A stretch of DNA of 64,000 nucleotides from Burkholderiales bacterium (lineage in GTDB: Bacteria > Patescibacteriota > Minisyncoccia > Phycocordibacterales > UBA9973), in assembly GCA_023701005.1 (NCBI GenBank), contig JAMPXW010000002.1, forward strand, positions 177,167-241,166. Direction: 5' to 3'. Both the position numbers and the translations under genes were made by a program. Under the pieces are notes generated by a model, which was not told the DNA's origin, did not search any database, and saw only the letters and a program-made list of their open reading frames with translations. This document shows, in pieces, positions 28,273-37,976 of the stretch (position 1 is the first letter of the stretch; each line of letters starts with the position of its first letter).

Positions 28273-29967
28273 TTATTTCTTTTTATTAATACAAGCTTTG
28301 ATGAAGCTCGTAAATAAAGGATGAGGAGAAAGTGGACGAGCTAAAAATTCTGGATGAAATTGAGTACCCAAGAAGAATGGATGTTTAGATTTTGGAAGCT
28401 CTGCTATCTCCATCAAATGTCCGTCTGGAGAACGTCCTGAGAAAACTAAACCTTTGGCTTCCAAATCACCTATAAAAGAAGGATTCACTTCATAACGATG
28501 TCTGTGACGCTCAGTCACAAAGGCCGGTCCTTTTTTAAAATCTTTTAAGGACCGGCCTTGAAGGGAGGAGGCGTAAGATTCCTTTGCTATCGTGCCTTCG
28601 CGAAGGAGTGCTTTGTATTCACCTAAACGCATAGAACCTCCGTAAGAATTTCTCTTCAAAATCTCTTTTTGAGATTCCATCACATCAATAACGAGATTTT
28701 TAGAATTAGGATTAACTTCTTTTGTATTTGCATCTTTCAAACCCAAAATATTTCTAGCATATTCGATGACTATCATTTGCATTCCATAACAAAGACCAAA
28801 ATAAGGAATCTTATTTTCGCGAGCAAATTTGATAACACTTAGATTGCCCTCTACTCCGCGAGAGCCGAAACCACCTGGAATTATTATCCCATCATATTTT
28901 TTAAGATCTTTTAATTTAGCTGGATTCTTTTCAAAATCAGTAGAATTGAGCCAAGTCATCACTGGCTTTCTATTTTGTAGATAACTAGAATATTTCAAAG
29001 CTTCAATAACAGAAAGATAGGAATCTGATAATATAAAATCTCCTGTCTCAAAATATTTTCCTATCATCGCTATCTTCACGACTTCTTTTCCATTGTGTGC
29101 ATGTTTGGCAAAATCTTTCCATTTCTTCCATGCTTTATCATCAGCTTTTTTTGTTTTAATATTTAAAATCTCACAAAGCTTCTCTGAAAGTTTTTCTTTT
29201 TCAAAATTTATAGGAATATCATAAATACTATCTACATCTGGAGCAGAGATGACATTACTTGGATGCACATTACAGAAAAGAGAAATCTTTTCTTTCCTTT
29301 TGTCATCTAAGCTCGAAGATGCTCTGGCTATCAGTATATCTGGCTGGATACCTGAAGCATTCAATGTCCTCACTGCATTTTGGGTTGGTTTCGTTTTCAT
29401 TTCACCTATCTTTTGAGGTGTAGGCAAAAATGAAACCATCACAAAAGCTGTATTCTTTGGATTTTCTAATTTCAACATTCTGGCTGCTTCCAAGAAAAGC
29501 ATATTTTGATATTCACCAACAGTTCCACCGACTTCAATGACGACGACATCTGCAGAAGCATTTTTCCCTGCTTCTTTAATTCTTCCTATTACTTCAAGAG
29601 GAATATGAGGAACAACTTCTACACATTTACCTTTATATTCAAGATTTCTTTCTTTTTCTATAACTGATTTATAGACACGCCCCGTCGTCATATAATTCAA
29701 ACGAGTCAAATTGATATCAAGGAATCTTTCATAGTTGCCCATGTCTTGGTCTGTCTCATCTCCATCTTTCAAAACAAAAACCTCACCGTGTTCTGTGGGG
29801 TTCATAGTACCTGCATCTACATTTATGTATGGATCTATCTTTATTGATGTCACATTCAATCCACGATTCTTTAATATGAGGCCAAGAGAAGAAGAAGTAA
29901 TACCCTTTCCGACTCCAGAAATAACTCCCCCTACTACAAATATGTATTTTGTTTCTTTTTTTGTCAT
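28273..29967 (-). CDS. pyrG: CTP synthase
   Basis: GGVISGVGKG, KIDPYIN, GLCYGMQ, ERHRHRYE and QFHPEF motifs. Confidence 0.98.
   Translation of the reverse strand: MTKKETKYIFVVGGVISGVGKGITSSSLGLILKNRGLNVTSIKIDPYINVDAGTMNPTEHGEVFVLKDGDETDQDMGNYERFLDINLTRLNYMTTGRVYKSVIEKERNLEYKGKCVEVVPHIPLEVIGRIKEAGKNASADVVVIEVGGTVGEYQNMLFLEAARMLKLENPKNTAFVMVSFLPTPQKIGEMKTKPTQNAVRTLNASGIQPDILIARASSSLDDKRKEKISLFCNVHPSNVISAPDVDSIYDIPINFEKEKLSEKLCEILNIKTKKADDKAWKKWKDFAKHAHNGKEVVKIAMIGKYFETGDFILSDSYLSVIEALKYSSYLQNRKPVMTWLNSTDFEKNPAKLKDLKKYDGIIIPGGFGSRGVEGNLSVIKFARENKIPYFGLCYGMQMIVIEYARNILGLKDANTKEVNPNSKNLVIDVMESQKEILKRNSYGGSMRLGEYKALLREGTIAKESYASSLQGRSLKDFKKGPAFVTERHRHRYEVNPSFIGDLEAKGLVFSGRSPDGHLMEIAELPKSKHPFFLGTQFHPEFLARPLSPHPLFTSFIKACINKKK
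28520..28559. repeat. Inverted pair of AAGG-N5-CCTT units inside pyrG
   Basis: AAGGCCGGTCCTT (28520-28532) and AAGGACCGGCCTT (28547-28559) form a perfect 13-bp inverted repeat. Confidence 0.7.
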
Positions 29968-29993
29968 TATTTATTTTTTAAATTAAAATAAAA

Positions 29994-30917
29994 TTATTTA
30001 TTTAAATATTTTCTAATCGCTATTAAACTTGAAATAATACCCAATGAAACTCCTGACAATAAAATAATCACAGTAATTTGAAATAAATTTGAAACATAAT
30101 AACTAAAAATATTCATACCCAGAAAGTTCGTCATGGTGCGTCCGAGATAAATAGTCGTTGGAATAAACAAAAGGATAGTTATGATTGTAGCAATGGCCCC
30201 ATATATAGCACCCTCTACCATAAATGGACCTCTCACTCTCATTTTACTAGCTCCGACTAAACGCATCACACTTATTTCTTCTTTAGATATAAATATAGCT
30301 AATCTTATGGTGTTGAAAGTGACAATTATAGAAATGACGATGAGAATTAGAGTGACTAAAAATCCTAATTTTTGTGCTCCTGAAATAATATTATTTAATC
30401 TATCTATTACAATTTTATTTTGATGGTAATTTATTTTATCTACAATAGAAGCAGAACCTAAAACTAAAGCATTATCACCTTTCAAGAAGTTAGCGATACT
30501 TTCATATTGAGAAACTTCTTTGGCTTTCACATTTAAATACGCACCGAGTGGATTATCTTTTATCTCATCTAAGGCTTGAATAGTAGGATAATCACTCTCA
30601 TGACGTTCACGGAAGAGACGCAATGCTTCTTCTGCACTAACATAAGAAACTTCCTTTACTTCTGGGAGATTTTCTAATGATCCTTTTAGTGACAATATCT
30701 TATCCTCCGGAGCTTTAACATTAAAATAAATAGTTACATCTACTTTGTCTTTTATTTCATTAAGAGAAAAATTAAGTACTGCTTGCAAAAGTATAATACC
30801 AGTAATGACAGACAGAGTGATGGTGACGACGAGCACTGCTGCAAAAGAAACTAAACCACTTCTGGTAAAATTAAGAAATCCAGCCTTTATAACTCTTTTT
30901 AAATCAATCATCATCAT
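29994..30917 (-). CDS. ftsX: Cell division permease FtsX
   Basis: NPL, NTIRL and MRLVGAS...PFMVEG motifs; downstream of ftsE. Confidence 0.93.
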   Translation of the reverse strand: MMMIDLKRVIKAGFLNFTRSGLVSFAAVLVVTITLSVITGIILLQAVLNFSLNEIKDKVDVTIYFNVKAPEDKILSLKGSLENLPEVKEVSYVSAEEALRLFRERHESDYPTIQALDEIKDNPLGAYLNVKAKEVSQYESIANFLKGDNALVLGSASIVDKINYHQNKIVIDRLNNIISGAQKLGFLVTLILIVISIIVTFNTIRLAIFISKEEISVMRLVGASKMRVRGPFMVEGAIYGAIATIITILLFIPTTIYLGRTMTNFLGMNIFSYYVSNLFQITVIILLSGVSLGIISSLIAIRKYLNK

Positions 30918-30926
30918 ATGTTTGGA

Positions 30927-31607
30927 TTATATAATATACTTACCACTCTTGTCATCTCTAATAACTTTACCCTTTTCCATTGTGATTACTCTCTTCTTTA
31001 TGGAATCGATAACTCCTCTGTTGTGCGTAGTCAGTATAACGGTCGTACCCAGATCATTAATCTTTTTCAAAATCTGAATTATTTCATAAGTATTAATTGC
31101 ATCTAGATTACCAGTAGGCTCGTCTGCGATAATGAGCTCCGGTTGATTGATGATGGCACGGGCTATAGCAAGACGTTGTTGTTCTCCACCAGACATCTGA
31201 TGAGGGAAATGATGCATTTTGTCCTTCAAATCTACAAGTTCTAATACATGGGGGACATCGCTCTCTATTTCTTCATTTGTTTTACCTACTGCTTCCATAG
31301 CAAAAGCTATGTTTTCGTAAGCTGTCTTATTTGAAAGCAACTTAAAATCTTGAAAAACCACCCCTATCCTTCTTCTTAAGTTAGTTAGATCTTTATTTTT
31401 AAGCTTAAATACATTTATAGACTCAAAAAACACCGTTCCTTCATTTGGAACATCGTCTGCTAAAATCATTTTGATAAGAGTCGTCTTTCCTGCGCCAGAA
31501 TGTCCTACTATGGATACAAATTCCCCTGCAGTGATGGTGAGAGTGACATCATCCAATGCCAAAGAATCTTTATTGTAAACTTTTGAAACATTATTAAAAT
31601 AAATCAC
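30927..31607 (-). CDS. ftsE: Cell division ATP-binding protein FtsE
   Basis: GHSGAGKT, VFQDF, SGGEQQR and ADEPTGNLD motifs; GTG start. Confidence 0.93.
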   Translation of the reverse strand: MIYFNNVSKVYNKDSLALDDVTLTITAGEFVSIVGHSGAGKTTLIKMILADDVPNEGTVFFESINVFKLKNKDLTNLRRRIGVVFQDFKLLSNKTAYENIAFAMEAVGKTNEEIESDVPHVLELVDLKDKMHHFPHQMSGGEQQRLAIARAIINQPELIIADEPTGNLDAINTYEIIQILKKINDLGTTVILTTHNRGVIDSIKKRVITMEKGKVIRDDKSGKYII

Positions 31608-31616
31608 CTCCCTATT

Positions 31617-32498
31617 TTAACATAGATCCTTTTCTGCTTCAATAAATAAATCTAAATCACCATCGAGTACTTCATCTACATTTGAAGTTTCAGCATTTGT
31701 ACGATGATCTTTGACCATTTTATATGGATGTAATACATAAGAACGTATCTGACTCCCCCATTCTATGTCTGTGCCATAATTTTTATTATATATTTCTTCT
31801 ATACTTTTTTGTTCTTCTTCTGCTTTTTTAAATATTTTAGCTAAAAGTATCGCCATCGCCCTTTCTCTGTTTTGTTCTTGAGATCTTTCTTCTGAAGAAT
31901 GTGCAGAAATATTTGTAGGAATATGTACCAACCTCACTGCCGTCTCTCTCTTGTTCACATTCTGACCACCAGGGCCACCTGAACGACTATATTCTATTTT
32001 TATATCTGCTGGTGGAATATTAAAATCTTTTTCTTCTAATTTTGAAAATTTTGGCAATACTTCCACAAGAGAAAAAGAGGTGTGCCTCAACTTTTTCGCA
32101 TTAAAAGGAGAAATCCGCACCAATCGATGCACTCCTCCTTCGTTCTTTAACATTCCATAAACATTTTTACCTTTTATTTCAAAAGAAACATTTCTGTAAC
32201 CACCATGATCATTCTTATGTTCATGAATAAAAAATATTTCCCAAGCATTCTTGCTAGCATATTTCATGTACATATTTAAAAGCATAGAAGAAAAATCTTC
32301 TGCATCATCTCCTCCAGCACCAGATACTATCGTAACAATTGCATTGCCTTTATCATATTTTTTTGCACCAACAATCTTGTCTTTTAATTCTGCAATTCTT
32401 TTTAAAGTTGCTTGAGCTTTATTCTTGTCATTCCAAAAATCAACTTCCTGCATCTGCTTCTCTAAATTTTTTATTTCATTTTCTAAATCATTGTTCAT
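31617..32498 (-). CDS. prfB: Peptide chain release factor 2, N-terminally shortened
   Basis: GVHRLVRISPF (SPF motif), GGQ and WGSQIRSYVLHPY. Confidence 0.92.
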   Translation of the reverse strand: MNNDLENEIKNLEKQMQEVDFWNDKNKAQATLKRIAELKDKIVGAKKYDKGNAIVTIVSGAGGDDAEDFSSMLLNMYMKYASKNAWEIFFIHEHKNDHGGYRNVSFEIKGKNVYGMLKNEGGVHRLVRISPFNAKKLRHTSFSLVEVLPKFSKLEEKDFNIPPADIKIEYSRSGGPGGQNVNKRETAVRLVHIPTNISAHSSEERSQEQNRERAMAILLAKIFKKAEEEQKSIEEIYNKNYGTDIEWGSQIRSYVLHPYKMVKDHRTNAETSNVDEVLDGDLDLFIEAEKDLC

Positions 32499-32500
32499 AA

Positions 32501-33538
32501 TTATATATTTTTTATTTTTGGGAAAAATTTTGCTGGAAGATGTTCAAAATAATCATCGACATAAGGAGCCATCGAATCACAGGCCAAAAAACAACAAACT
32601 ATTTCTCCATTTTTATTTTTTAAATCTTTTAATTTATTTTTCTTTTTGTATTCTTTCAACTTTTGCAATATCGCTGCCAATTGCATGCCGGTCGAAGGGC
32701 CGACAAAAAGACCCAACCTTATGAGCTCCAGACTTTTCTCGAAAGCAGGCTGTGATGACATAGGCACTACTTCATCTACTACCTTTTTCCAATCAATACC
32801 TAATTTATGAATCATCACTTCATTTCTAGGGCCAGGGATAGAATGACCTTTTTTGATAGCCGTGCCTACTACTTTTATATTAGGATTCTTTTCTTTTAAA
32901 AAACCCCCAGCACCCACAATAGTGCCAGCAGTACCTATAGTAGAGACAAAAATAGAAAGCTTTTCCCCAAATTGATGCCACAATTCTTTACCTATATATT
33001 CTCTAGAAGATTCTACATTCCCAGGATTAATATATTGATGTAGATTATGCCAACCCTTTTTACTACCCAATTTTTTAGCATCACAAATACCACCATCACC
33101 ACCAAATACCTCTGGGCAAGGGTCACCATGAGATATCAAAAGATTTGTACCAACAAGCTGCAACATTCTCTTTTTGTGTTCTGGCACATCAGAAGTGATG
33201 ATCGCGTGCATTTTAGGTATACCAAAATATTGAGACAATATTGTGAGAGATAGGGCGGTGTTGCCAGAAGAATACTCTACTAAATTTTTTATTTTTGAAA
33301 GTTTATTTTTTTCTATATTAGAAAGCATCATGTATGATGGCAAAGATTTTATATTTCCTAGAGGAGCAGAGTGGACGAGCTTCACAAAAATTCTAACTTT
33401 ATCTTTTTTAAAAGGATTTAGAGAAGATGGTAATTCTACTATTGAAGTCATTCCAAAATTTTTCGGCAAAAGAAAAGATCTTATCGCATCTTCTCCTTCG
33501 TAAACTTTTTTATTATTTTTTATTTCATTTTTTTTCAT
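32501..33538 (-). CDS. PLP-dependent cysteine-synthase-family enzyme
   Basis: GNIK, EYSSGNT, QYINP, GTAGT and GPSTG motifs. Confidence 0.82.
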   Translation of the reverse strand: MKKNEIKNNKKVYEGEDAIRSFLLPKNFGMTSIVELPSSLNPFKKDKVRIFVKLVHSAPLGNIKSLPSYMMLSNIEKNKLSKIKNLVEYSSGNTALSLTILSQYFGIPKMHAIITSDVPEHKKRMLQLVGTNLLISHGDPCPEVFGGDGGICDAKKLGSKKGWHNLHQYINPGNVESSREYIGKELWHQFGEKLSIFVSTIGTAGTIVGAGGFLKEKNPNIKVVGTAIKKGHSIPGPRNEVMIHKLGIDWKKVVDEVVPMSSQPAFEKSLELIRLGLFVGPSTGMQLAAILQKLKEYKKKNKLKDLKNKNGEIVCCFLACDSMAPYVDDYFEHLPAKFFPKIKNI

Positions 33539-33539
33539 G

Positions 33540-33612
33540 AGCCACCCCCGAGGATCGAACTCGGGACCCCGTCTTTACGAAAGACGTGCTCTACCAACTG
33601 AGCTAGGGTGGC
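33540..33612 (-). tRNA. tRNA-Thr(CGT), CCA not encoded
   Basis: GCCACCC acceptor stem; CGTCT-TTCGTAA-AGACG anticodon arm. Confidence 0.95.
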
Positions 33613-33623
33613 ACCCTTTCTAG

Positions 33624-33696
33624 AGCCGTTGCGCGGGATTGAACCGCGGACCTCGATATTACCAATATCGTGCTCTACCAACTGAGCTACAACGGC
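33624..33696 (-). tRNA. tRNA-Thr(GGT), CCA not encoded
   Basis: GCCGTTG acceptor stem; CGATA-TTGGTAA-TATCG anticodon arm. Confidence 0.95.
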
Positions 33697-33736
33697 TTAA
33701 CATTTTTAAAAAACAATTCCCTATTTATATTAGTTT

Positions 33737-33772
33737 ATCCCCACACCTTTTACAAGTGAAAGGTGTGGGGAT
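33737..33772. repeat. Intergenic inverted repeat
   Basis: ATCCCCACACCTTT-N8-AAAGGTGTGGGGAT with perfect 14-bp arms. Confidence 0.65.
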
Positions 33773-33931
33773 TTATTTTAAATAATTTTGCAAAAAAAAT
33801 CTTTGCAAATAAATACCAAAAATAAAAACAGTGGAAAGTGTGGATAAGGTGGATAAATGAGCTTTATTAAAAAAATAAAAAAATATATAATCTATTTAAC
33901 AAATTAATATTTAAAAAAATTAAATAAAAAA

Positions 33932-34582
33932 ATGGAAACAAAAATAAAAATTAATAAGAAAGTTGTAGTCGGAATATTTGTACTAGCATTCTTTCTTGTC
34001 GTCCAGTTTTATTCTCTCATCGAAACAGCCATCGCAGCTTCTGCTACAGACAATGTCATCGTCACTCTTGATGTCACTTCTGGTATCACTATCTCTGACG
34101 GAGCAGCTGTCACCATGGCACCAAATCTAGGTATCGCCGCAGACCAATCTATCGGCACCTCATCTTGGCTCGTCAAAACAAACGCTGTCAATGGATACAC
34201 TCTCGCTGTCAAAGCTTCTGCTTCTCCTGCTCTCGTAAGTGGAGCAAACAGCTTTGCTGATTACACTGAAGGTACTCCTGGAACTCCAGATGTATGGAAC
34301 GTACCATCCGGCAGTAAAGAATTTGGATATTCTGCATATGGAACAGACACTCCCACAGCTACTTGGGGTACAGGAGCTTCTTGTGGAGCTGCTGGAGTAC
34401 CTACAGCAACTTTAAAATATGATGGATTCACTACTTCTGATAACACAATAGCTACTAGAGCTACTGTCACTCCTACTACAGGAATAACAACGACAATTTG
34501 TTTTGCTGCTGAACAAGATACAGTGTATGCCCCTTCTGGAACCTACACAGCTACCATCACAGCTACTGCAACAACATTGTAA
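33932..34582 (+). CDS. Secreted WxL-like/pilin-like surface protein
   Basis: Signal peptide; TNAVNGY and C-terminal GTYTATITATA. Confidence 0.65.
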   Translation: METKIKINKKVVVGIFVLAFFLVVQFYSLIETAIAASATDNVIVTLDVTSGITISDGAAVTMAPNLGIAADQSIGTSSWLVKTNAVNGYTLAVKASASPALVSGANSFADYTEGTPGTPDVWNVPSGSKEFGYSAYGTDTPTATWGTGASCGAAGVPTATLKYDGFTTSDNTIATRATVTPTTGITTTICFAAEQDTVYAPSGTYTATITATATTL

Positions 34583-34612
34583 TTTTCAGTTACCCACATA
34601 TTAAATATCAAA

Positions 34613-35575
34613 ATGAAAAAACTTTTTTATATAATCGCCATATCAATGATCTTTGGTACTGTCATAGCGCCAAAGTTTTCTTTGGCGTTTCAGAAGAGCA
34701 AAATGGAGATGGTTCCTCAAAATGATTTCGTCGTAGAGCCAGGTAAAACCGAAGTTTTCTTAAACCCTGGAGACAATATGGTGAAAAATATTACCATTAC
34801 TAATCGTATAAACAAAACAGTTAGATTCAAATTGACCACCGAAGACTTCGTCGGGACAAATGATCCCAAACAACCTGTCCTTCTTTTAGGAGATGATCAC
34901 AGTCCATATTCTTTAAAAGATTTTATCGTTCCTGAAATACAAGAATTTTCTCTAGAACTTGGAGAAAAGATAACTATTCCTATCACCATATCCGTACCTA
35001 CAAATGCAGAACCAAGAGGATATTATGGGGCTTTGATTGTTTCTAATGACCCAGATAAACTCGAAGGTGAAAACTCTCAAGAAATAGAAGGTAAAACGAG
35101 AATCATTTCTAGAATAGGTTCTTTATTTTTACTCAAAATAAATGGTGAAGGAAAAGAAGAAGGAAATATTGAAGAATTTAAATTGATAGGCCCAGAACAA
35201 ACTTTCTACAGTGAAAGACCAGAAGGTTTTGAAATCGCATACAAAAATACAGGTAATGTGCACCTTGTCCCCTATGGAACGATCGCTATCAAAAATATTT
35301 TTGGGAAAATAGTAAAGACATTACCAGTAGATGCTTATTTTGTTCTTCCAGATTCTATAAGATATAGAGAAATAAAATGGGAGGATGGTTTTAGCTTAGG
35401 AAGATATACTGCGAATATACATCTAAACAAAGGCTACAATAATGAATATCAAGATATGAAACTAGCATTTTGGGTAATACCTTGGAAGATACTGATAATC
35501 GCCTTCATAGCTCTGGCTCTCATAATAGGCGCTCTATATTATCTCTTGACGCGGTTTGAATTAAGAAAAAAGTAA
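34613..35575 (+). CDS. DUF916/DUF3324-like (WxL-interacting) membrane-anchored protein
   Basis: VPTNAEPRGYYG, NTGNVHL, GRYTA and C-terminal PW plus TM helix. Confidence 0.7.
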   Translation: MKKLFYIIAISMIFGTVIAPKFSLAFQKSKMEMVPQNDFVVEPGKTEVFLNPGDNMVKNITITNRINKTVRFKLTTEDFVGTNDPKQPVLLLGDDHSPYSLKDFIVPEIQEFSLELGEKITIPITISVPTNAEPRGYYGALIVSNDPDKLEGENSQEIEGKTRIISRIGSLFLLKINGEGKEEGNIEEFKLIGPEQTFYSERPEGFEIAYKNTGNVHLVPYGTIAIKNIFGKIVKTLPVDAYFVLPDSIRYREIKWEDGFSLGRYTANIHLNKGYNNEYQDMKLAFWVIPWKILIIAFIALALIIGALYYLLTRFELRKK

Positions 35576-35578
35576 AAA

Positions 35579-36355
35579 ATGAAAAATATAATTCCATCTT
35601 TTCAAAAGAAAAGAAGTATTATGACATTCCTCTTTTTGCTCTTACTCATAATACCTCTATATAAAATATTTGCTGAAACAATGCAAAGCAACACATATCG
35701 TATCATGTCTGATACTGTAAATGTCGGCGGTACTGATGTGTCGGGTTCTACAAATTATAATCTAGGAGACACATTAGGAGAGATAGGTACGGGAGATTCA
35801 AATAGTGCAAATTATTTTTTACGTGCTGGTTTTTGGCAAATGCAAGAAAGCTATATCGCTCTATCTAGCCCTTCTGATTTGGCCCTCACCCCGATAGGTG
35901 GGATAAATGGTGAAGGAAGTGAAGGCACGATGTCTTGGACAGTCACCACAGATAATTTTGCAGGATATAGCATGAGTATAAATGTGACGAGTGTCCCCGC
36001 TTTGAGATCAGTCACTGATTCTTTTGATGATTATACACCCGCTTCTTCAGATCCTGATTATAATTTTTCAATAGCTTCAACGACTTCGGAATTCGGATTT
36101 TCTCCTGAAGGAGTAGACACTTCTGCCAGATTTAAAGATAATGGAGCATCTTGTAATGTAGGAACAAACGAAACACAAGCAAAATGTTGGGATGGTCTTT
36201 CTGTCTCTCCTAAAACAATATTTCAAAGGACTACGAGTAATCAGACAAGCGGGAGCACAGCCACTGTACGATTCAGAGCAGAATCTGGCGCAAATCATAT
36301 ACAGACATCAGGTAGCTATTCTGCCCCAATTATCGTAACAGCTGTCACACTATAA
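35579..36355 (+). CDS. Secreted WxL-like protein, paralogue of 33932
   Basis: TDNFAGY, FDDYT, EFGFS and GSYSAPIIVTAVTL shared with 33932. Confidence 0.65.
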   Translation: MKNIIPSFQKKRSIMTFLFLLLLIIPLYKIFAETMQSNTYRIMSDTVNVGGTDVSGSTNYNLGDTLGEIGTGDSNSANYFLRAGFWQMQESYIALSSPSDLALTPIGGINGEGSEGTMSWTVTTDNFAGYSMSINVTSVPALRSVTDSFDDYTPASSDPDYNFSIASTTSEFGFSPEGVDTSARFKDNGASCNVGTNETQAKCWDGLSVSPKTIFQRTTSNQTSGSTATVRFRAESGANHIQTSGSYSAPIIVTAVTL

Positions 36356-36356
36356 A

Positions 36357-37796
36357 ATGAAAAATATAAAGAGAACAACTTTATCTTTTATTGCAATAAT
36401 TCTATTTAATATTAATATCTCCTCTGTTTTAGCTCAAAATAACTCAATACAGGTAGAATTAGGTGTAATCGGCTGTAATAACAATGGGATATGTGAAGTC
36501 GGAGAATCTATAGCTTCTTGTCCAGTCGACTGTGCTGTCGTCATACCTCCACAACCCCCTGAAGCTCCTGGAAGTGTCGCTTTTCCTCAAGACATAGTCA
36601 TTCTCAATTTGGCTATACAACCAAATTTTACGAATGCTTTTATAACCTGGAACAGTTCTGAAAGTGCAATAAGCACTATAAGATGGGGTGAAACTACAGA
36701 AGTGAGAGAAGGAACGTTAAAAAGTATTGTTTATGCTTTAAATCACAAAGTAGAGTTGATAAACCTTAAGCCAGGAACAATGTATTACTTCACGATCGAG
36801 AGTACTGGAGTAAATGGCAAAAACAGTACTCACCCACCTACTTATTTCTTTACTAAATTTCCAAAAGACACTACCCTCCCTTCAAACCCTCGTAATGTAA
36901 AAACATTTGCTGATATAAATGGAATAACTTTGACCTGGGAAAATCCTAATGAGGAAAATTTTTCATATGTGCGTATTATGCGACACGAAGACAGATTTAG
37001 AGGAAATCCATATTTAGGTAAATTAATTTATGAAGGAGATGAAGAAAGATTTTTAGATAAAAATGTCATACCGGGCAAAAAATATTTTTATACTTTATTT
37101 TCTAGGGATATAAATAAAAACTTTTCTTCTGGAGTTGCTGTTTCTGAAACAGCTTATTTAAAAAATAAATTACCTCCTGTAAAAGAAGAACCTACCGAAA
37201 AACCAATTGAGACAAAAAAGGAAGAAGACATCGTCACTCCATCAAAAGAAAAAGAAACAAAAAAAAACACCACCCCACTCCAACCAAACATTGGAGTACC
37301 CCTCCTTGATAAAGGAGGGGTAAAAAAGAGTGATATCGCTTTTTTTGTACATCAATACAATCAAGTTGTCGAAGAACTTTTGCCTAATAAAAAAATAATT
37401 ATAGATGGAAACAAAAGTACTATCGTAGATACTGATTCAAAAACTTTAGCTGATGACTTTTTAAATGTGTTTGACGAAAACAAAAAATTAATTGCTCAAT
37501 ATTTATTCTCTTTCAATAAAGATAGTATGCGCTATCAAAGTGTGATCTCTCCCCTAGAAAAACCGGGAACATATTTCATAGAAATTTTTAGATATAGAGA
37601 AAATATTTTAACAAAAATAGCTGAGGGAACTCTTTTTGTGGAAGGAAATTTCATCGCAAAAAATGAAAAATCTGTAAACAATTTTCAATATATTTATGAA
37701 AATTACTTTTTATATATATTAATTCTACTTCTAACACTATTTTTAATAATTGTCTATCTCCTCTTGAGACGAAAAAAGCAAGAAAAACAAGGCTAA
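36357..37796 (+). CDS. Secreted FN3-like surface protein with C-terminal anchor
   Basis: CNNNGICE...CPVDC, HKVELINLKPGTMYYF, LTWENP; C-terminal TM plus basic tail. Confidence 0.75.
   Translation: MKNIKRTTLSFIAIILFNINISSVLAQNNSIQVELGVIGCNNNGICEVGESIASCPVDCAVVIPPQPPEAPGSVAFPQDIVILNLAIQPNFTNAFITWNSSESAISTIRWGETTEVREGTLKSIVYALNHKVELINLKPGTMYYFTIESTGVNGKNSTHPPTYFFTKFPKDTTLPSNPRNVKTFADINGITLTWENPNEENFSYVRIMRHEDRFRGNPYLGKLIYEGDEERFLDKNVIPGKKYFYTLFSRDINKNFSSGVAVSETAYLKNKLPPVKEEPTEKPIETKKEEDIVTPSKEKETKKNTTPLQPNIGVPLLDKGGVKKSDIAFFVHQYNQVVEELLPNKKIIIDGNKSTIVDTDSKTLADDFLNVFDENKKLIAQYLFSFNKDSMRYQSVISPLEKPGTYFIEIFRYRENILTKIAEGTLFVEGNFIAKNEKSVNNFQYIYENYFLYILILLLTLFLIIVYLLLRRKKQEKQG
37268..37322. repeat. 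Double-hairpin element inside a CDS
   Basis: CACCACCCC, then ACTCCAA/TTGGAGT, then TACCCCTCCTT-GATA-AAGGAGGGGTA. Confidence 0.6.
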
Positions 37797-37976
37797 AAAA
37801 CCACCAATTTTGTAAAAATGTAAGGGCCGTCCTTACCCCTCTAAAAATGTGGATAACTAGTGGATATGCTGTTCATTATCTACTATAATATAAGGGTATA
37901 AAAAAATATCGGATACCCGAGATACAGATTTTTTACACCTCGGACATCCGAGAAAGTATTATATATCTTTACAAAA

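Noticed and set aside
31598-31616. Perfect SD (GGAGGTGAT) at ftsE
   Set aside because: It overlaps the GTG start itself and the next ATG is out of frame, so no functional reading is supportable.
33540-33696. tRNA-Thr(CGT) placed to serve the ACG codons of the giant gene
   Set aside because: tRNAs act in trans, so proximity is not evidence.
33700-33930. Replication origin
   Set aside because: Only two or three DnaA-like boxes, no dnaA or dnaN nearby, and similar boxes are dispersed elsewhere.
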